Shown: in pieces, positions 42,134 to 53,569 of the stretch | How the letters are laid out: every line of letters begins with the position of its first letter | Numbering within the stretch: position 1 is the first letter of the stretch | Assembly: GCA_026004595.1 (NCBI GenBank) | Contig: BPJL01000006.1 | Location: 12,299-76,298 of the forward strand | Direction: 5' to 3' | Length of the DNA: 64,000 bases | From: Patescibacteria group bacterium | GTDB lineage: Bacteria > Patescibacteriota > WWE3 > UBA101185 > UBA10185 | Made by a program: the position numbers and the translations under genes | The notes under the pieces: generated by a model | Seen by the model: the letters and a program-made list of their open reading frames with translations, nothing else | The model's database searches: none | What the model was told of the DNA's origin: nothing

Positions 42134-42601
42134 ATGGGTAAGCACGTACTGAATGTGAAGGTTGCAGTTTTGGCGTATTTTGAGAAGGACGGCCGGATAT
42201 TACTGCAGAAGAGAAAAAATTCGGGGTGGCGTGACGGATGGTACGGACTTGTTGCCGGGCACGTGGAGAATGACGAGCCTTACAAATCTGCCTTGCGCAG
42301 AGAGGTAAAAGAGGAGGTTGGTGTTGACGTAAGGGAAGAAGATCTGGAATTTGCGCACCTTTTGCTTCTTCCCGCCAAATTGTCTGATTGTCAACGTTTA
42401 TATGTTTATTTTAGGGTAACAAAATGGGAGGGGGAACCTAGCAACGCCGAGCCCGAAAGGTGCGACGATGTTAGATGGTTTGACAAATCCTCTCTTCCTG
42501 AAAACCTGATACCTGTAGTAAAATTCGGTATGGAAAAGATGACGGCTGGAGAGATGTACAGCGAGTTTGGGTGGGAGCCCGGTTATAAAGAAAAGCTATG
42601 A
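42134..42601 (+). CDS. NUDIX hydrolase
   Basis: GHVENDE...ALRREVKEEVG Nudix box. Confidence 0.92.
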   Translation: MGKHVLNVKVAVLAYFEKDGRILLQKRKNSGWRDGWYGLVAGHVENDEPYKSALRREVKEEVGVDVREEDLEFAHLLLLPAKLSDCQRLYVYFRVTKWEGEPSNAEPERCDDVRWFDKSSLPENLIPVVKFGMEKMTAGEMYSEFGWEPGYKEKL

Positions 42602-43495
42602 ACATATACCAGCAAATAGACAAAAACAAAAGGGACACGGCAGTTATTATTGCTTTGTTTATGGTTGTTATATCAGCGATTGGGTGGTTTCTCGGTGAAT
42701 ATTTTTATGAGGGTGCTGGAGTTTCATTTCTAGCTGCCGCGCTTATATTTTCCGGAATCTCCGGGATGATTTCATACTACAATTCTGACAAAATTGTTTT
42801 GAGCCTATCCCGCGCGAAGGAGGTAAGTTTTGAGGAAGCCCCTGACTTGCACAAGCTAGTTGAAAATATGAGCATCGCCTCGGGGATACCCAAACCGAGG
42901 ATTTATGTTATAGAAGATTCCTCCATGAATGCTTTTGCTACGGGACGAGACCCCGAACACTCTGTTATATGTTTTACCACGGGTATAATCCAAAGACTGG
43001 AAAAAAGAGAACTTGAAGGTGTTATTGCTCATGAGATGGCTCACATCGGAAATTATGATATTAGACTGATGTCTATAGTTAGTATTTTGGTGGGCACTAT
43101 AATGCTTTTATCTGATTGGTTTACGAGAGGCGCATTTTACGGAGGAGATAGGAAAAGGAGTTCCAACTCAAGTTCGGGTGGAAGCATTTTCTTTTTGGTG
43201 GGGGGTGGTGTTGCTTATTTTAAGTCCGCTAATTGCTACGTTAATAAAGTTGGCAATCAGCCGAAACAGAGAATATTTGGCTGATGCTACAGCAGCTTAT
43301 ATCACAAGGTATCCTAAGGGGTTGGCAGACGCATTGGCAAAGCTGGCTATGGATAAAGAAATTTTGGAGGCGGCAAACGGGGCAACTGCTCATTTGTATA
43401 TTGTGAACCCCATAAAGATTGGTGGAGCAGTTTCAAATCTTTTTTCCACTCACCCGCCGATTGAGGATAGGATAAACCGACTTTTGCAAATGTAA
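42598..43495 (+). CDS. htpX: M48 zinc metalloprotease HtpX, split by +1 frameshift at G6 run 43200-43205
   Basis: NAFATG, HEMAH in frame 1; REYLAD, FSTHPP in frame 2; fused length 298 aa. Confidence 0.92.
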
Positions 43496-43547
43496 ATAAC
43501 GCTTCTGGCCTTTCATTATCTAGTAAAATCTGCTTTAATAGTAAATT

Positions 43548-43847
43548 ATGGAAGACAGAAAAATCTCCATAGAACAAGTCAAAAAAATTGCTGAGATGTG
43601 CAAGATAGACATTACAGGAGATGAAGAGAAGTTCTCCTATCTTCTTAGTGATACCCTTGAATACGTCAAAATTCTTGATGAATTGGATACTTCAAAAGTG
43701 AGCGAGACATTTCAAGTGACGGGTCTGAGGAACGTATTTCAGGACGGCTCTCAAAAAGCCACACTGCCCAGAGAGGAAGCCCTAAAAAATGCCAAAGAAG
43801 TGATAAATAACCTTATTGCGACGAAAGGAGTTTTTAATCGTGAGTAA
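43548..43847 (+). CDS. gatC: Asp/Glu-tRNA amidotransferase subunit C
   Basis: Size, LDELDT...ALKNA pattern, upstream of gatA. Confidence 0.85.
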   Translation: MEDRKISIEQVKKIAEMCKIDITGDEEKFSYLLSDTLEYVKILDELDTSKVSETFQVTGLRNVFQDGSQKATLPREEALKNAKEVINNLIATKGVFNRE

Positions 43848-45282
43848 ATTAAATGAACTCACTATAAGAAGCGCTTTGGAAGGTTTGAAAAAGAGAGATT
43901 TCAAATCCGAAGATTTGGTGAATGGTTGTTTGGAGCAAATTAAAAAATATGATACGCAGATACACGCTTTCTTGAAAGTGGTTGAGGATCAAGCTTTAGA
44001 GAAGGCCAGAGAAGCAGATGTTGAAATAGTAACCAAGGGAGATACAGCTTTTATAGAAAAACCGTTGTTGGGGATTCCATACGCCGCCAAAGATAACTAT
44101 TCAACGAAAAATATTACCACAACAGCGGCATCCAAGGTTTTAGAAAATTATGTACCCCCTTTTGATGCAACCGCAATTAAAAAATTGAATGATGCGGGCG
44201 CCATACTACTGGGAAAGACAAATTTAGACGCTTTTGCTCACGGTTCTTCAACCGAAACATCTGATTTTGGAACCTCATACAATCCATGGGATCTGTCCAG
44301 GGTTCCGGGCGGATCTTCAGGTGGCTCGGCAGCCGCTGTAGCAGCCCATATGTGCCTTTTTGCTGTAGGAAGCGAGACGGGAGGAAGCACTCGGGGTCCT
44401 GCTTCGTGGTGTGGTGTAACGGGTGTCAAACCTTCATACGGACGAGTAAGTCGTTATGGAATTGTTGCAATGGCTTCGTCTACTGACAGCCCCGGGCCCT
44501 TGACAAAATCAGTAGAGGATTCGGCGCTAGTGCTTAAGGTAATGGCTGGTAAGGACCCTTTTGATGCAACATCGTCTCCCGCCGCAGTACCTGATTATCT
44601 GCACGAAGCCGAGTCTTATGATTTGCGCGGGGTAAAGATCGGACGACCTGTGTCTTTTTTTGAAATGGATCTAGAAGAGGGAACAAAACAAAAGGTTAAC
44701 GAGGCTGTAGAAATTTTTAAAAACCTCGGAGCCGAAATAATTGATGTTGATATGCTAAGTCCAAAATATTCCATCGCAGTTTATACAATTTTGCAGAGAT
44801 CTGAAGTTTCATCTAACCTCGCTCGTTTAGATGGGATTAGATATGGTAATGACCGCGTATCTTTCGGTTTTGAGGCCAAGAAAAGAATGATGCTTGGAGC
44901 GTACACCCTGAGCGCGGGGTATTATGACGCTTACTATGCTAAAGCTCAAAAAGTTAGGACCTTGATAAAAGAAAATTTTGATGAAGTTTTTAGAAAAGTT
45001 GATTTACTAATAGCGCCTTCTATGCCTTGTGTGGCTTTACCGGTTGGGGAAAGCGCAAAATCTCCCATGTTTGGGGAAATGATGGATGTTTTAAACGAAC
45101 CCGCATGTATTGCTGGCGTACCAGGAGTCAGCGTTCCATGCGGATTTGACGAGGGACTGCCAGTAGGTGTTCAAATCATGAGCAAAATGAACGAAGAGCA
45201 AAAGATTTTTGGCGCATTGTTAAAGTTTCAGAAAGCAACAAATTTTCATCTGGAAAAACCGGCGCTGATTAAGGAACAATGA
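43840..45282 (+). CDS. gatA: Asp/Glu-tRNA amidotransferase subunit A
   Basis: Amidase signature PGGSSGGSAAAV, GSETGGS, SSNLARLDGIRYG. Confidence 0.97.
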   Translation: MSKLNELTIRSALEGLKKRDFKSEDLVNGCLEQIKKYDTQIHAFLKVVEDQALEKAREADVEIVTKGDTAFIEKPLLGIPYAAKDNYSTKNITTTAASKVLENYVPPFDATAIKKLNDAGAILLGKTNLDAFAHGSSTETSDFGTSYNPWDLSRVPGGSSGGSAAAVAAHMCLFAVGSETGGSTRGPASWCGVTGVKPSYGRVSRYGIVAMASSTDSPGPLTKSVEDSALVLKVMAGKDPFDATSSPAAVPDYLHEAESYDLRGVKIGRPVSFFEMDLEEGTKQKVNEAVEIFKNLGAEIIDVDMLSPKYSIAVYTILQRSEVSSNLARLDGIRYGNDRVSFGFEAKKRMMLGAYTLSAGYYDAYYAKAQKVRTLIKENFDEVFRKVDLLIAPSMPCVALPVGESAKSPMFGEMMDVLNEPACIAGVPGVSVPCGFDEGLPVGVQIMSKMNEEQKIFGALLKFQKATNFHLEKPALIKEQ

Positions 45283-45678
45283 TGGGTTTTTTTTAATATT
45301 TTTTTTGGAACAAAAAGCGATAATACGGCTTATCGTGTGGTATCGCAGGATACTATGAGAAAGATAAGTGAAGAGTGGGCGAATGTTGAGATTTTATTGA
45401 AAGGAAAATCGCCTTCCCAATTAAGGCAAGCGTTAATTGTTGCCGATAAATGTTTAGATGCGGCGTTGAAAGACATTGTGCCTGGAGAGACAATGGGAGA
45501 AAGGTTGAAAAATGCTATAAGCAGATTTGACAGGTCTGCATACGGGAGAATTTGGGATGCCCACAAACTTAGAAATAGTTTAGTTCACGAAGCAGGATTT
45601 GAACCTCCGTATTTTATGATTAATGAAGCAGTAGCAAATTTGAAAGAGGGGTTGTATAAGCTTGGGGTGAGAATATGA
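45282..45678 (+). CDS. Hypothetical helical protein inside the gat operon; N-terminus offset by +1 in T8 run 45287-45294
   Basis: A..ADK.LD...GETMGERLK...W.AHKLRN.LVHE; removing one T joins ATG 45282 to ORF 45337-45678. Confidence 0.65.
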
Positions 45679-47009
45679 ATGAAATGGAATTGTTAGGCAA
45701 ATATAAGTTAGTCGTCGGCATGGAAGTCCATGTCCAGCCAAAAACATCTCAAAAAATGTTTTGCGGTTGCGATGCCGACATTTGGGGTCAGGAACCCAAC
45801 ACCCGTACATGCCCCACCTGCCTGGGATTGCCGGGTGCCCTACCTGTTCCGAACCTGGAAGCTGTGAAAAAAACACAGTTGCTTGGGTTGGCCCTTGGGT
45901 GCAAGCTGAACGAGAACTCAAGATTTGATAGAAAACATTACTTTTATCCCGATCTTCCCAAAGGTTACCAAATAAGCCAATATAAAAAACCACTATGCGA
46001 AAATGGAAAGCTTCTATTAGAAAGCGGGAATTACGCTGATATAGAGAGAGTGCACCTTGAAGAAGATGTCGCGAAGTCATTTCATCAGGGGGGAAAAACA
46101 CTGATTGATTTCAATAAAAGCGGGATCCCCTTGATTGAGGTAGTGACACGCCCGTGTTTCCGTTCTGTAGAAGATGCAGTTGATTACTGCAAGAAACTAC
46201 AGGTAATCTGCAGGTATTTGGAAATAAGTGAGGCAGATATGGAAAAAGGCCAGATGAGGCTCGAAGCAAATATTTCAATACGAACGCTTGAAATGGAAGA
46301 AAAAGATGAACTGCCCCCATATAAGGTGGAAGTGAAAAATATAAATTCGTTCAAATTTATGGAAAAGGCGGTTAAAGCTGAAGTGGTAAGACAAAGGGAA
46401 ATTTGGGAGTCGGGCGGTATGCCGGTGCAGGAAAACAGAGGTTATGATGAATTCAAAAATGTGACGGTTCCTCAAAGGGAAAAAGAGGAAGCTTCGGATT
46501 ATAGATATTTCCCGGAGCCCGATATTCCCCCGATGGTTTTTGATGAAGAATACTTTTTAAATCTAAAAAAGGCGGTGGCGAGGTTGCCGCAGGATTTGAG
46601 AAAAGAAATGGAAGAAAAAGGTGTGGCAAAAGAGCAGAGTAGGATTTTGGTTGAAGTGATGGCTAGAGAAGCCGTTGAGAAGTTTAACGGGTTGGTTGCC
46701 AAAGGTGTTGAAGCAAGAAAAGCTGCCTCTGTATTGATAAATAGGAAAGATTTGTCGTTATTGGGGGTTGAAGAAATAGTTACAAGGATAAATGAGGAAG
46801 GTGTCAGAGTGTCGGATATTGAAGAAATTAGTGAAGTTGTTGAAAATGTAGTTGGGGCGAATCCGCAGGCAGTTTTAGATTATAAGAGTGGAAGGGGTAA
46901 CGCTCTTCAGTTTTTGCTCGGGTGCGTAATGAGAGAAACGAAAGGGAGATCCGACCCCCATGTGGCTTTGGATTTGATCAAGGAACTTATAAATAAAAAT
47001 GTAAAATAA
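45675..47009 (+). CDS. gatB: Asp/Glu-tRNA amidotransferase subunit B
   Basis: GMEVHVQ, RKHYFYPDLPKGYQISQ, DYRYFPEPD. Confidence 0.98.
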   Translation: MNEMELLGKYKLVVGMEVHVQPKTSQKMFCGCDADIWGQEPNTRTCPTCLGLPGALPVPNLEAVKKTQLLGLALGCKLNENSRFDRKHYFYPDLPKGYQISQYKKPLCENGKLLLESGNYADIERVHLEEDVAKSFHQGGKTLIDFNKSGIPLIEVVTRPCFRSVEDAVDYCKKLQVICRYLEISEADMEKGQMRLEANISIRTLEMEEKDELPPYKVEVKNINSFKFMEKAVKAEVVRQREIWESGGMPVQENRGYDEFKNVTVPQREKEEASDYRYFPEPDIPPMVFDEEYFLNLKKAVARLPQDLRKEMEEKGVAKEQSRILVEVMAREAVEKFNGLVAKGVEARKAASVLINRKDLSLLGVEEIVTRINEEGVRVSDIEEISEVVENVVGANPQAVLDYKSGRGNALQFLLGCVMRETKGRSDPHVALDLIKELINKNVK

Positions 47010-47013
47010 AATA

Positions 47014-47052
47014 GGCCGCAAAGTAGAAAGATGTTTATTCTACAATGCGGCC
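47014..47052. terminator. Hairpin after gatB (probable terminator)
   Basis: GGCCGCA..GTAGAA...TTCTAC..TGCGGCC inverted repeat. Confidence 0.55.
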
Positions 47053-47430
47053 CTGTTTGAAAGGTGTTATTGCGTTATTCGGTAGATGATTTCAAGGATT
47101 CCGAGGACAACGAGCACTGTACCTATTACATCCCTGGGCTTATCCTGGGAAATCTTCACAACCGCTCAGGCGATAATCTGCAGTATGAGAAGGATTGTGT
47201 AAATCCAAGCCGGAGTAGCTGTGGCAATTATGGTTACGAAATAATGGAAGACCAAGAGAGCCGCTATTGTGAAAAGTATAAGATTACACCAGTGTACTTA
47301 TTCTAGTTATCTATCATTTTTATCTTTTGAATATTGTTAATATTAACATTCTTTACGTTTCAGGTTAATACATACCGTCCCGCGGCAAGGTTGGGTAATA
47401 TATAAAACTCAAGGTGGTATCATATACGAG

Positions 47431-49278
47431 ATGGTACTGAAATTTGATCCGACAAGTCCTCAATATGAACATATAACAACTTTAAATCAGGCTAATAAAG
47501 CCCTTGAAGAATTGGAAAAAAACAAGGTTGTGGGTGTGGACATAGAAGGTACAGGGCTTGATCCATATACTTCAACTCTGCTTTTGTTGCAGATTGGCAC
47601 TGAAACAAAAAGCTATATTTTTGACGCGCGCATCCTTAACCTAAAAGAACTACCCAGACTTAAGGAGTTTCTTGAGAACAAAAAAATATTAAAACTTCTT
47701 CATAACGGAAAGTTTGACTATCGCCACATAAAAATTCATGTGGGTGCAGAAATGGATAATTTGTACGACACAATGTTAGCCGAAGTCATACTTAATGCTG
47801 GTATCGGCCGAGGTTACTACTCACTAAAAGATCTTGCGAGGAAATATACAAATACTGAACTAAAAAAAGATGTGAGAGAAACATTTGAGGGTGTTACGAC
47901 GAGATCAAAAATTACAGAGGAACAGCTAAAGTACGCCGCTTCTGATACTTTGATACTCTTTCCAATATTTGACCAGCAGCTTGTAAAGGTTAAGCAAGAA
48001 GGTTTATTGAATGTAGCTAAACTTGAATTTGCGGCTACACGTGCAGTAGCAGAAATGGAATTAAAAGGAATCTATATCAATGAAGAAAAATGGCGCGAGA
48101 TAATGAGAAATCTTGCAGAAAAGAGAAATGCAATAGCAAAAGAATTTCAGGAGGCCGTTCGTCCATATTACACTCACAACATGATAGATTTGTTCGGCAA
48201 TCACGCTGATTCTATTAACATCAATAGCCAGCAGCAGCTTATGGATCTTTTCAATAATAAATTGGATCTGAATCTTCCTTCCACAGGTGACGCTATTTTG
48301 GCTACTGTTAACCACCCTGTTGTAAAGCTTTTAAGAAACTACCGCGGTTATGAAAAATTGCTTTCGGCATTTGGCGAAGGTCTTCTTGAAAAAATAAATC
48401 CGGTTACTAAGCGTCTGCATCCGGAGTTTAACCAGCTTGGAACAGCTACTGGAAGATTTTCGTGCAACAATCCCAATCTTCAGCAGATTCCGAGAAATTC
48501 AGATGAGGCGCCGTTTAGAACTTGCTTCAACCCCCAGCCGGGTTATAAATTAGTGACTGCAGACTACTCCTCTTTTGAAATGCGAATTTTGGCAGAGCTG
48601 TCGGGAGACGCAAAAATGATAAAAGCCTTGAACGATGGCTTGGATATTCACTCTTACACTGCTTCATTAATGTTTAACGTGCCTTATAGCGAAGATTTTA
48701 AAAAGAAATACCCAGCCTTAAGGCAAATTGCTAAACCTATCGGATTTGGTCTTATGTATGGAATGGGACCTGTTGGTTTAGCGGCGAGGCTTGAGAATGA
48801 AACAGGAAAACCTGTATCAAGAGAGCAGGGAGAGGACTACATGAACAGATATTTTGCAAGCTACCCAAGCGTTAAAAGTTATCTTGAAAGAACGGCAAAA
48901 AAAGCTGTTCAAGATGGTTACAGCACTACGCCTCTAGGGAGGAAAAGATGGTATGAACGCCCGGTAAAAGACGACCCAGATTTTAGAAAGAAAGTTTCGC
49001 GAATTGAAAGGGAGGCCAAAAACCATCCGATTCAAGGTACAAACGCCGATGCCATTAAATACGCTCTGATCTTTCTAAACGAAAGGTTTAAGAAAGAGGG
49101 AATTGACGGCGGCCTTACTTTAACTGTTCACGATGAGATTGTATCGGAAGTGGAGGCTGACAAGGCGGAATATTGGGCTGAGGTGCAATCTCAAGAAATG
49201 GTCAGGGCGGCCGAGCTTTTTATCAAAAGGGTAAAGATAGAGAGTGAGCCGTTTGTTGGAGATGTTTGGGAGCACTAA
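47431..49278 (+). CDS. polA: Family A DNA polymerase, Klenow-like (3'-5' exo + polymerase, no 5'-3' exo)
   Basis: DIEG, HNGKFD, YAASD exo motifs; [35 protein letters not shown]. Confidence 0.92.
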   Translation: MVLKFDPTSPQYEHITTLNQANKALEELEKNKVVGVDIEGTGLDPYTSTLLLLQIGTETKSYIFDARILNLKELPRLKEFLENKKILKLLHNGKFDYRHIKIHVGAEMDNLYDTMLAEVILNAGIGRGYYSLKDLARKYTNTELKKDVRETFEGVTTRSKITEEQLKYAASDTLILFPIFDQQLVKVKQEGLLNVAKLEFAATRAVAEMELKGIYINEEKWREIMRNLAEKRNAIAKEFQEAVRPYYTHNMIDLFGNHADSININSQQQLMDLFNNKLDLNLPSTGDAILATVNHPVVKLLRNYRGYEKLLSAFGEGLLEKINPVTKRLHPEFNQLGTATGRFSCNNPNLQQIPRNSDEAPFRTCFNPQPGYKLVTADYSSFEMRILAELSGDAKMIKALNDGLDIHSYTASLMFNVPYSEDFKKKYPALRQIAKPIGFGLMYGMGPVGLAARLENETGKPVSREQGEDYMNRYFASYPSVKSYLERTAKKAVQDGYSTTPLGRKRWYERPVKDDPDFRKKVSRIEREAKNHPIQGTNADAIKYALIFLNERFKKEGIDGGLTLTVHDEIVSEVEADKAEYWAEVQSQEMVRAAELFIKRVKIESEPFVGDVWEH

Positions 49279-49291
49279 CTCCAAAATTATT

Positions 49292-49318
49292 CTTGCACTC
49301 CACCACATCGAGTGCTAA
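49292..49318 (+). promoter_or_regulatory. CIRCE element (HrcA operator)
   Basis: CTTGCACTC-N9-GAGTGCTAA versus consensus TTAGCACTC-N9-GAGTGCTAA, 10 nt before the clp ATG. Confidence 0.88.
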
Positions 49319-49328
49319 TATACTAAAC

Positions 49329-51440
49329 ATGATACTCTGCCAAAGATGCGGAATAAGACCCGCCAAATATCCAATAAGCCAGATAATAGAAGGTAAACAG
49401 CTTCAGGTTGCCGTCTGCGAGGTTTGCTATCAAGAACTTCTTAAAGAAACGAACCAATCAGCATCTAAACTTGATAAATTTGGCCGAGATCTCACTCAGT
49501 TGGCTAGAGAAGGCAAGCTAGATCCCGTTATCGGTAGAAAAGAGGAAATAGAACGCGTAATTCACATTCTCTCCAGAAGGACAAAAAATAACCCCGTACT
49601 CATAGGAGATCCGGGAGTGGGAAAAACGGCTATAGTTGAAGGCTTGGCTCAGAGAATTGTGAATGGTCAGGTTCCCGAGCCCCTAAGGGGAAAAAGAGTT
49701 TTTATGTTAGATCTCGCTTCTATAGTGGCGGGAACTTCTCATCGGGGTATGTTTGAAGCTCGTTTGAAAGATGTAATAAATGAGGTTGTTTCGGCAAACG
49801 GCCAAATAATAATGTTTGTTGACGAGCTACATACTGTTATTGGGGCAGGAAGCGCCGAGGGTTCGATGGATGCAGCAAACATCCTTAAACCAGCGCTTGC
49901 AAGGGGTGAGCTTCAGATGGTGGGTGCAACCACAATTGATGAATACAGGAAGTATGTTGAAAGGGATGCCGCTCTTGAGCGCAGGTTTCAGCCAATAATG
50001 GTAAACGAGCCAACCCCAGAGGATACGATAGAAATATTGAAAGGGCTTAGAGAGAGATATGAAACTCACCATCGAGTGAAAATATCCGATGAAGCCATTG
50101 AGACCGCAGTAAAGATGAGCGACCGATATATCTCAGATAGATTTCTGCCTGATAAGGCAATAGATGTTATTGATGAAGCATGCGCTATGGTGCGTCTTTC
50201 GCAAATTAAGGAGCCCGAAAATCTAAGGACGGTTGAGCAGGAAATTGAAGCTCTAAGGGCCGCGGGCAGAAAAAATAAGCTAACACAAGAACAAAAAGAT
50301 GAGATAAGGAAAAAAACCGAAGAACTTGAAAAAATCCGAACCGAGCTTGCTGAGATTTGGACAAGAACGAAACTTGAGGATATCCCAGAAGTAACCGAAG
50401 AAGATGTTATAAAAGTTGTTTCAAGAGCTACCGGAATACCCCTTGAAAAGCTTAACATTGTTGAAAGGGAAAGGCTGTTAAAGCTGGAAGAAACAATAAA
50501 GAAAAGGGTTGTGGGTCAGGAGAAGGCCATAAGTGTTTTGTCAGAAGCTATAAGAAGAGCCAGGGCGGGTTTGAAAGATCCGAAGAGGCCGATCGGATCG
50601 TTTTTGTTCTTAGGCCCCACAGGTGTTGGTAAAACGGAGCTGGCAAAAGCGTTAGCCGAGGCGTTGTATGGGGACGAGGATATGATAATACGCTTGGATA
50701 TGAGCGAATACATGGAAAAGCACTCTGTAAGCAAGTTGATAGGGGCGCCCCCCGGATATATCGGATATGAGCAAGGTGGCCAGTTGACAGACGTAGTAAG
50801 AAGAAAGCCATTTTCGGTCATACTGCTTGATGAAATAGAAAAAGCACATCCTGACACTTTTAACGCTCTTCTGCAGATAATGGAAGATGGAAGACTGACT
50901 GACAGCAAAGGAAGAACGGTGGATTTCAAGAATACCATTCTGATTTTGACTTCGAACGTAGGATCTGACCTGTTGCGCAGAAAAGACATCGGATTTGAAG
51001 AAGGCAAGGTGAGAGCAGGAAGCGAAAAACAAACTTCTGAAGACAGAAGGATATTTTCAATACTCAAGGACTCCTTCAAACCCGAGTTTCTAAATAGAAT
51101 AGATGAGATAATAATTTTTACAAGTCTAACTAAAGAGGACATTAAAGAAATTGCCATAAGAATGATAGAGAAAACCAGAAAAATGCTTTCTGAGCAAAAT
51201 ATTCATTTGGAGGTTTCTGACAAAGCCTTAGATTATCTCGTGGAGAATGGATACAGTGATGAGTATGGAGCAAGGCCATTAAGACGGTTGATACAGAAAG
51301 AGGTTGAGAACACGATATCGGCAAAGATAATTAGCGGAGAAATATTAGAAGGCGATCTGGTGTATGTCGATGTTACAGAAGATGGGGGTTTAGCTGTAGA
51401 AGCAAGAAAGTCCGCTAAAGTCTCGTCCAGAAAGAAATAA
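49329..51440 (+). CDS. ClpE/ClpC-type AAA+ chaperone with N-terminal C4 zinc finger
   Basis: CQRC...CEVC; GDPGVGKT and GPTGVGKT Walker A; no Clp-N repeats. Confidence 0.92.
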   Translation: MILCQRCGIRPAKYPISQIIEGKQLQVAVCEVCYQELLKETNQSASKLDKFGRDLTQLAREGKLDPVIGRKEEIERVIHILSRRTKNNPVLIGDPGVGKTAIVEGLAQRIVNGQVPEPLRGKRVFMLDLASIVAGTSHRGMFEARLKDVINEVVSANGQIIMFVDELHTVIGAGSAEGSMDAANILKPALARGELQMVGATTIDEYRKYVERDAALERRFQPIMVNEPTPEDTIEILKGLRERYETHHRVKISDEAIETAVKMSDRYISDRFLPDKAIDVIDEACAMVRLSQIKEPENLRTVEQEIEALRAAGRKNKLTQEQKDEIRKKTEELEKIRTELAEIWTRTKLEDIPEVTEEDVIKVVSRATGIPLEKLNIVERERLLKLEETIKKRVVGQEKAISVLSEAIRRARAGLKDPKRPIGSFLFLGPTGVGKTELAKALAEALYGDEDMIIRLDMSEYMEKHSVSKLIGAPPGYIGYEQGGQLTDVVRRKPFSVILLDEIEKAHPDTFNALLQIMEDGRLTDSKGRTVDFKNTILILTSNVGSDLLRRKDIGFEEGKVRAGSEKQTSEDRRIFSILKDSFKPEFLNRIDEIIIFTSLTKEDIKEIAIRMIEKTRKMLSEQNIHLEVSDKALDYLVENGYSDEYGARPLRRLIQKEVENTISAKIISGEILEGDLVYVDVTEDGGLAVEARKSAKVSSRKK

Positions 51441-51478
51441 TTGAAATAGCGGCATTTATCTGCTATCCTAGCTCAGTT

Positions 51479-52009
51479 ATGGCCGACAATAATCAAGATA
51501 CAAATAAAAAAGATACCGACCAAAAGGAAGAACAGTCCGATCTAAAGGATGGGGAGCCGAAAGAAGGTGAAATGTCTGAAGAAGCATTAAAGGACGAAAC
51601 CCATGAAGAGCTAAAAGAAGACTCTGTGGAAGAAAGTTCGGAGGAAGGAACTATTGAAGAAGAGGTAGAAGAGGAGGTCAAAATGGCTGCGGATGAGCCT
51701 AGAATTCCCGATTTCAGGGTTGGTGATACGATTAGGGTTTTCTACAAAATAATTGAAGGGGACAAGATGAGGATTCAGCCGTTTGAGGGAATTGTCATCT
51801 CTTTTAGGGGCTCTGATGTTTCGAAAACATTTACTGTAAGGAGAATAGGGGCCGATCAGGTTGGAGTTGAGAGGATATTTCCCCTTTACACCCCAAATAT
51901 CGAGAGAATAAAAGTTGTTAAGAGGGGTAATGTGAGGAGGGCAAAACTTTACTATCTCAGAAAGAAAGTTGGAAGAGAAGCGATGAGGGTTCGGGAGCAT
52001 AAGAAGTAA
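51479..52009 (+). CDS. rplS: 50S ribosomal protein L19 with about 70-aa acidic N-terminal extension
   Basis: [30 protein letters not shown]. Confidence 0.95.
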   Translation: MADNNQDTNKKDTDQKEEQSDLKDGEPKEGEMSEEALKDETHEELKEDSVEESSEEGTIEEEVEEEVKMAADEPRIPDFRVGDTIRVFYKIIEGDKMRIQPFEGIVISFRGSDVSKTFTVRRIGADQVGVERIFPLYTPNIERIKVVKRGNVRRAKLYYLRKKVGREAMRVREHKK

Positions 52010-52457
52010 TTTTTCCAGTTAGCCCAGCAAACAAATAAAAATTGGCGCATAATTGTGTTGTTATTTTGGTATGTGCGCGATGAAACTATCTACTTTTGAA
52101 TCGTCATTCTAATATCTATCAATTGAGAGATAATAGAAACAGCATACGAACAGATTTGCAACGATTCGCGTTCATAGGTTAAATCGATATGGCTCGAAGA
52201 ACCGAACAACGAGATGGCGGAGAAGAAAAAAGCTATACAAAAATTTGCAAACGAAGACATGAGGAGACAGATAGTGGAAAAACGATTGGATGGTGCACTA
52301 AAAGATTTTGAGGCCTTTAACCTTCTACAGAATAAATCACGAAAATTTTAATAAATGTTTTAGGTCAGGGTCCCAAGACTATATCCTATAGTTGTCAAAT
52401 TCCTGCCTTTGTGATAAGATGCAAAAATCTTGAAAAATAAATAATAAAGGAGGAGAG

Positions 52458-52691
52458 ATGGAAGAGCTTGAAGAGTTGAAGGAAAAAATCAGGACTCGGC
52501 GCAAAGAAGAGGCCGAGATGCGTGCCGAAACAGCACGTATTATTTGGACGCGCTGGCGCAATATGCAAGGCCAGTGGCGGGATCGTACAAGGTGGGATGC
52601 CTTAAAAAGTAGTTTTATGGCAAACCCCACCCTCGCTCAAGCGTACCACTTGGTGCGTTTGATGCTGAAACCTGTCAAGCGCGAGGAGTAA
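52458..52691 (+). CDS. Hypothetical protein
   Basis: AAAGGAGG SD; TTGTCA-17-TAAGAT promoter upstream. Confidence 0.65.
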   Translation: MEELEELKEKIRTRRKEEAEMRAETARIIWTRWRNMQGQWRDRTRWDALKSSFMANPTLAQAYHLVRLMLKPVKREE

Positions 52692-52702
52692 GGGAGGTTA
52701 CA

Positions 52703-53551
52703 ATGAAGAAGTACTTAATTATCGTGTGTACATTAGTTCTCTTAGTAACTTCCTGCGGTCCTCTTCCCGAAATGGAAAGCATCATGGCGCAACCAAGGCC
52801 TGACGCCCCTGCGAGTGATTCAGGTAGTGAGGTTTCATTACCGGTTACACCAGGTCCTGAGGTTCACATCAGTCCCGAACCGGTTCCTGTACCTCCTCTT
52901 CCTGTAGCCACCCAGTATGCACTAATTGTGCAGGCCTGGGGAAACTATCTGACTCCGATCAAAGATACCATTAGATCTGAGGAGGATCTGAGGGAGGAGT
53001 GGCGGAGATTCGGGGAGATGAGTCTTCAGGTCGGAGACCGGAGGAGTAAAATCCGCGAAATCTTTGAAGGGTTCAGCGAAAACGACTGGTCCCAGATAAG
53101 AGAAGCAGGGGAAGAACTCGCAAAAGACGGCGCTCTAACCACAGCAGTAATTTATCTTAGGGGTTGCAAAACCACCTGCGCGTCAATATTTAGCGCACTA
53201 TGGTGGGCTTGCGCCCATCTGGCAACGGGAGAGAATTGGATTAAAATCCCTGAAGGGATGATGACCAACCACCCGATGCCGGAGTTATGTGGCAGGACAT
53301 TCAACTGGGAATACCTTGTCGATATCCTGGACACCAGATGCCCGGGGTATTCCGTTGAATATCGTGGATCGACGATCGTAATCCGCAAGTTAGTCCGTTA
53401 TTCAGATAACCGATACGAACTGACTTGGGACGACGCCCAAACCTTAATAGTGGTTGGCGGAGTTTTAACTGCGGCCACGGTTGTCGGAATTGTTGTATTA
53501 TCGGGCGGTACTGCGGCCCCCGCTTTTGCGGTAGTGCTTCTTGTACCGTAA
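52703..53551 (+). CDS. Putative lipoprotein with Pro-rich linker and C-terminal hydrophobic segment
   Basis: GGGAGG SD; LVTSC lipobox; C-terminal VVGGVLTAATVVGIVVLSGGTAAPAFAVVLLVP. Confidence 0.7.
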   Translation: MKKYLIIVCTLVLLVTSCGPLPEMESIMAQPRPDAPASDSGSEVSLPVTPGPEVHISPEPVPVPPLPVATQYALIVQAWGNYLTPIKDTIRSEEDLREEWRRFGEMSLQVGDRRSKIREIFEGFSENDWSQIREAGEELAKDGALTTAVIYLRGCKTTCASIFSALWWACAHLATGENWIKIPEGMMTNHPMPELCGRTFNWEYLVDILDTRCPGYSVEYRGSTIVIRKLVRYSDNRYELTWDDAQTLIVVGGVLTAATVVGIVVLSGGTAAPAFAVVLLVP

Positions 53552-53569
53552 ATTATTTTTTTTTGGTAT

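Noticed and set aside
39754-43495. Programmed frameshifting or true pseudogenes in polX and htpX
   Set aside because: Simple G-run insertions with otherwise intact motifs; sequencing error is more parsimonious.
47064-47320. ORF 47064-47306 (+) or a minus-strand membrane gene
   Set aside because: The plus ORF has no recognisable features; the hydrophobic minus frame is interrupted by stops and lacks a start, so at most a decayed remnant.
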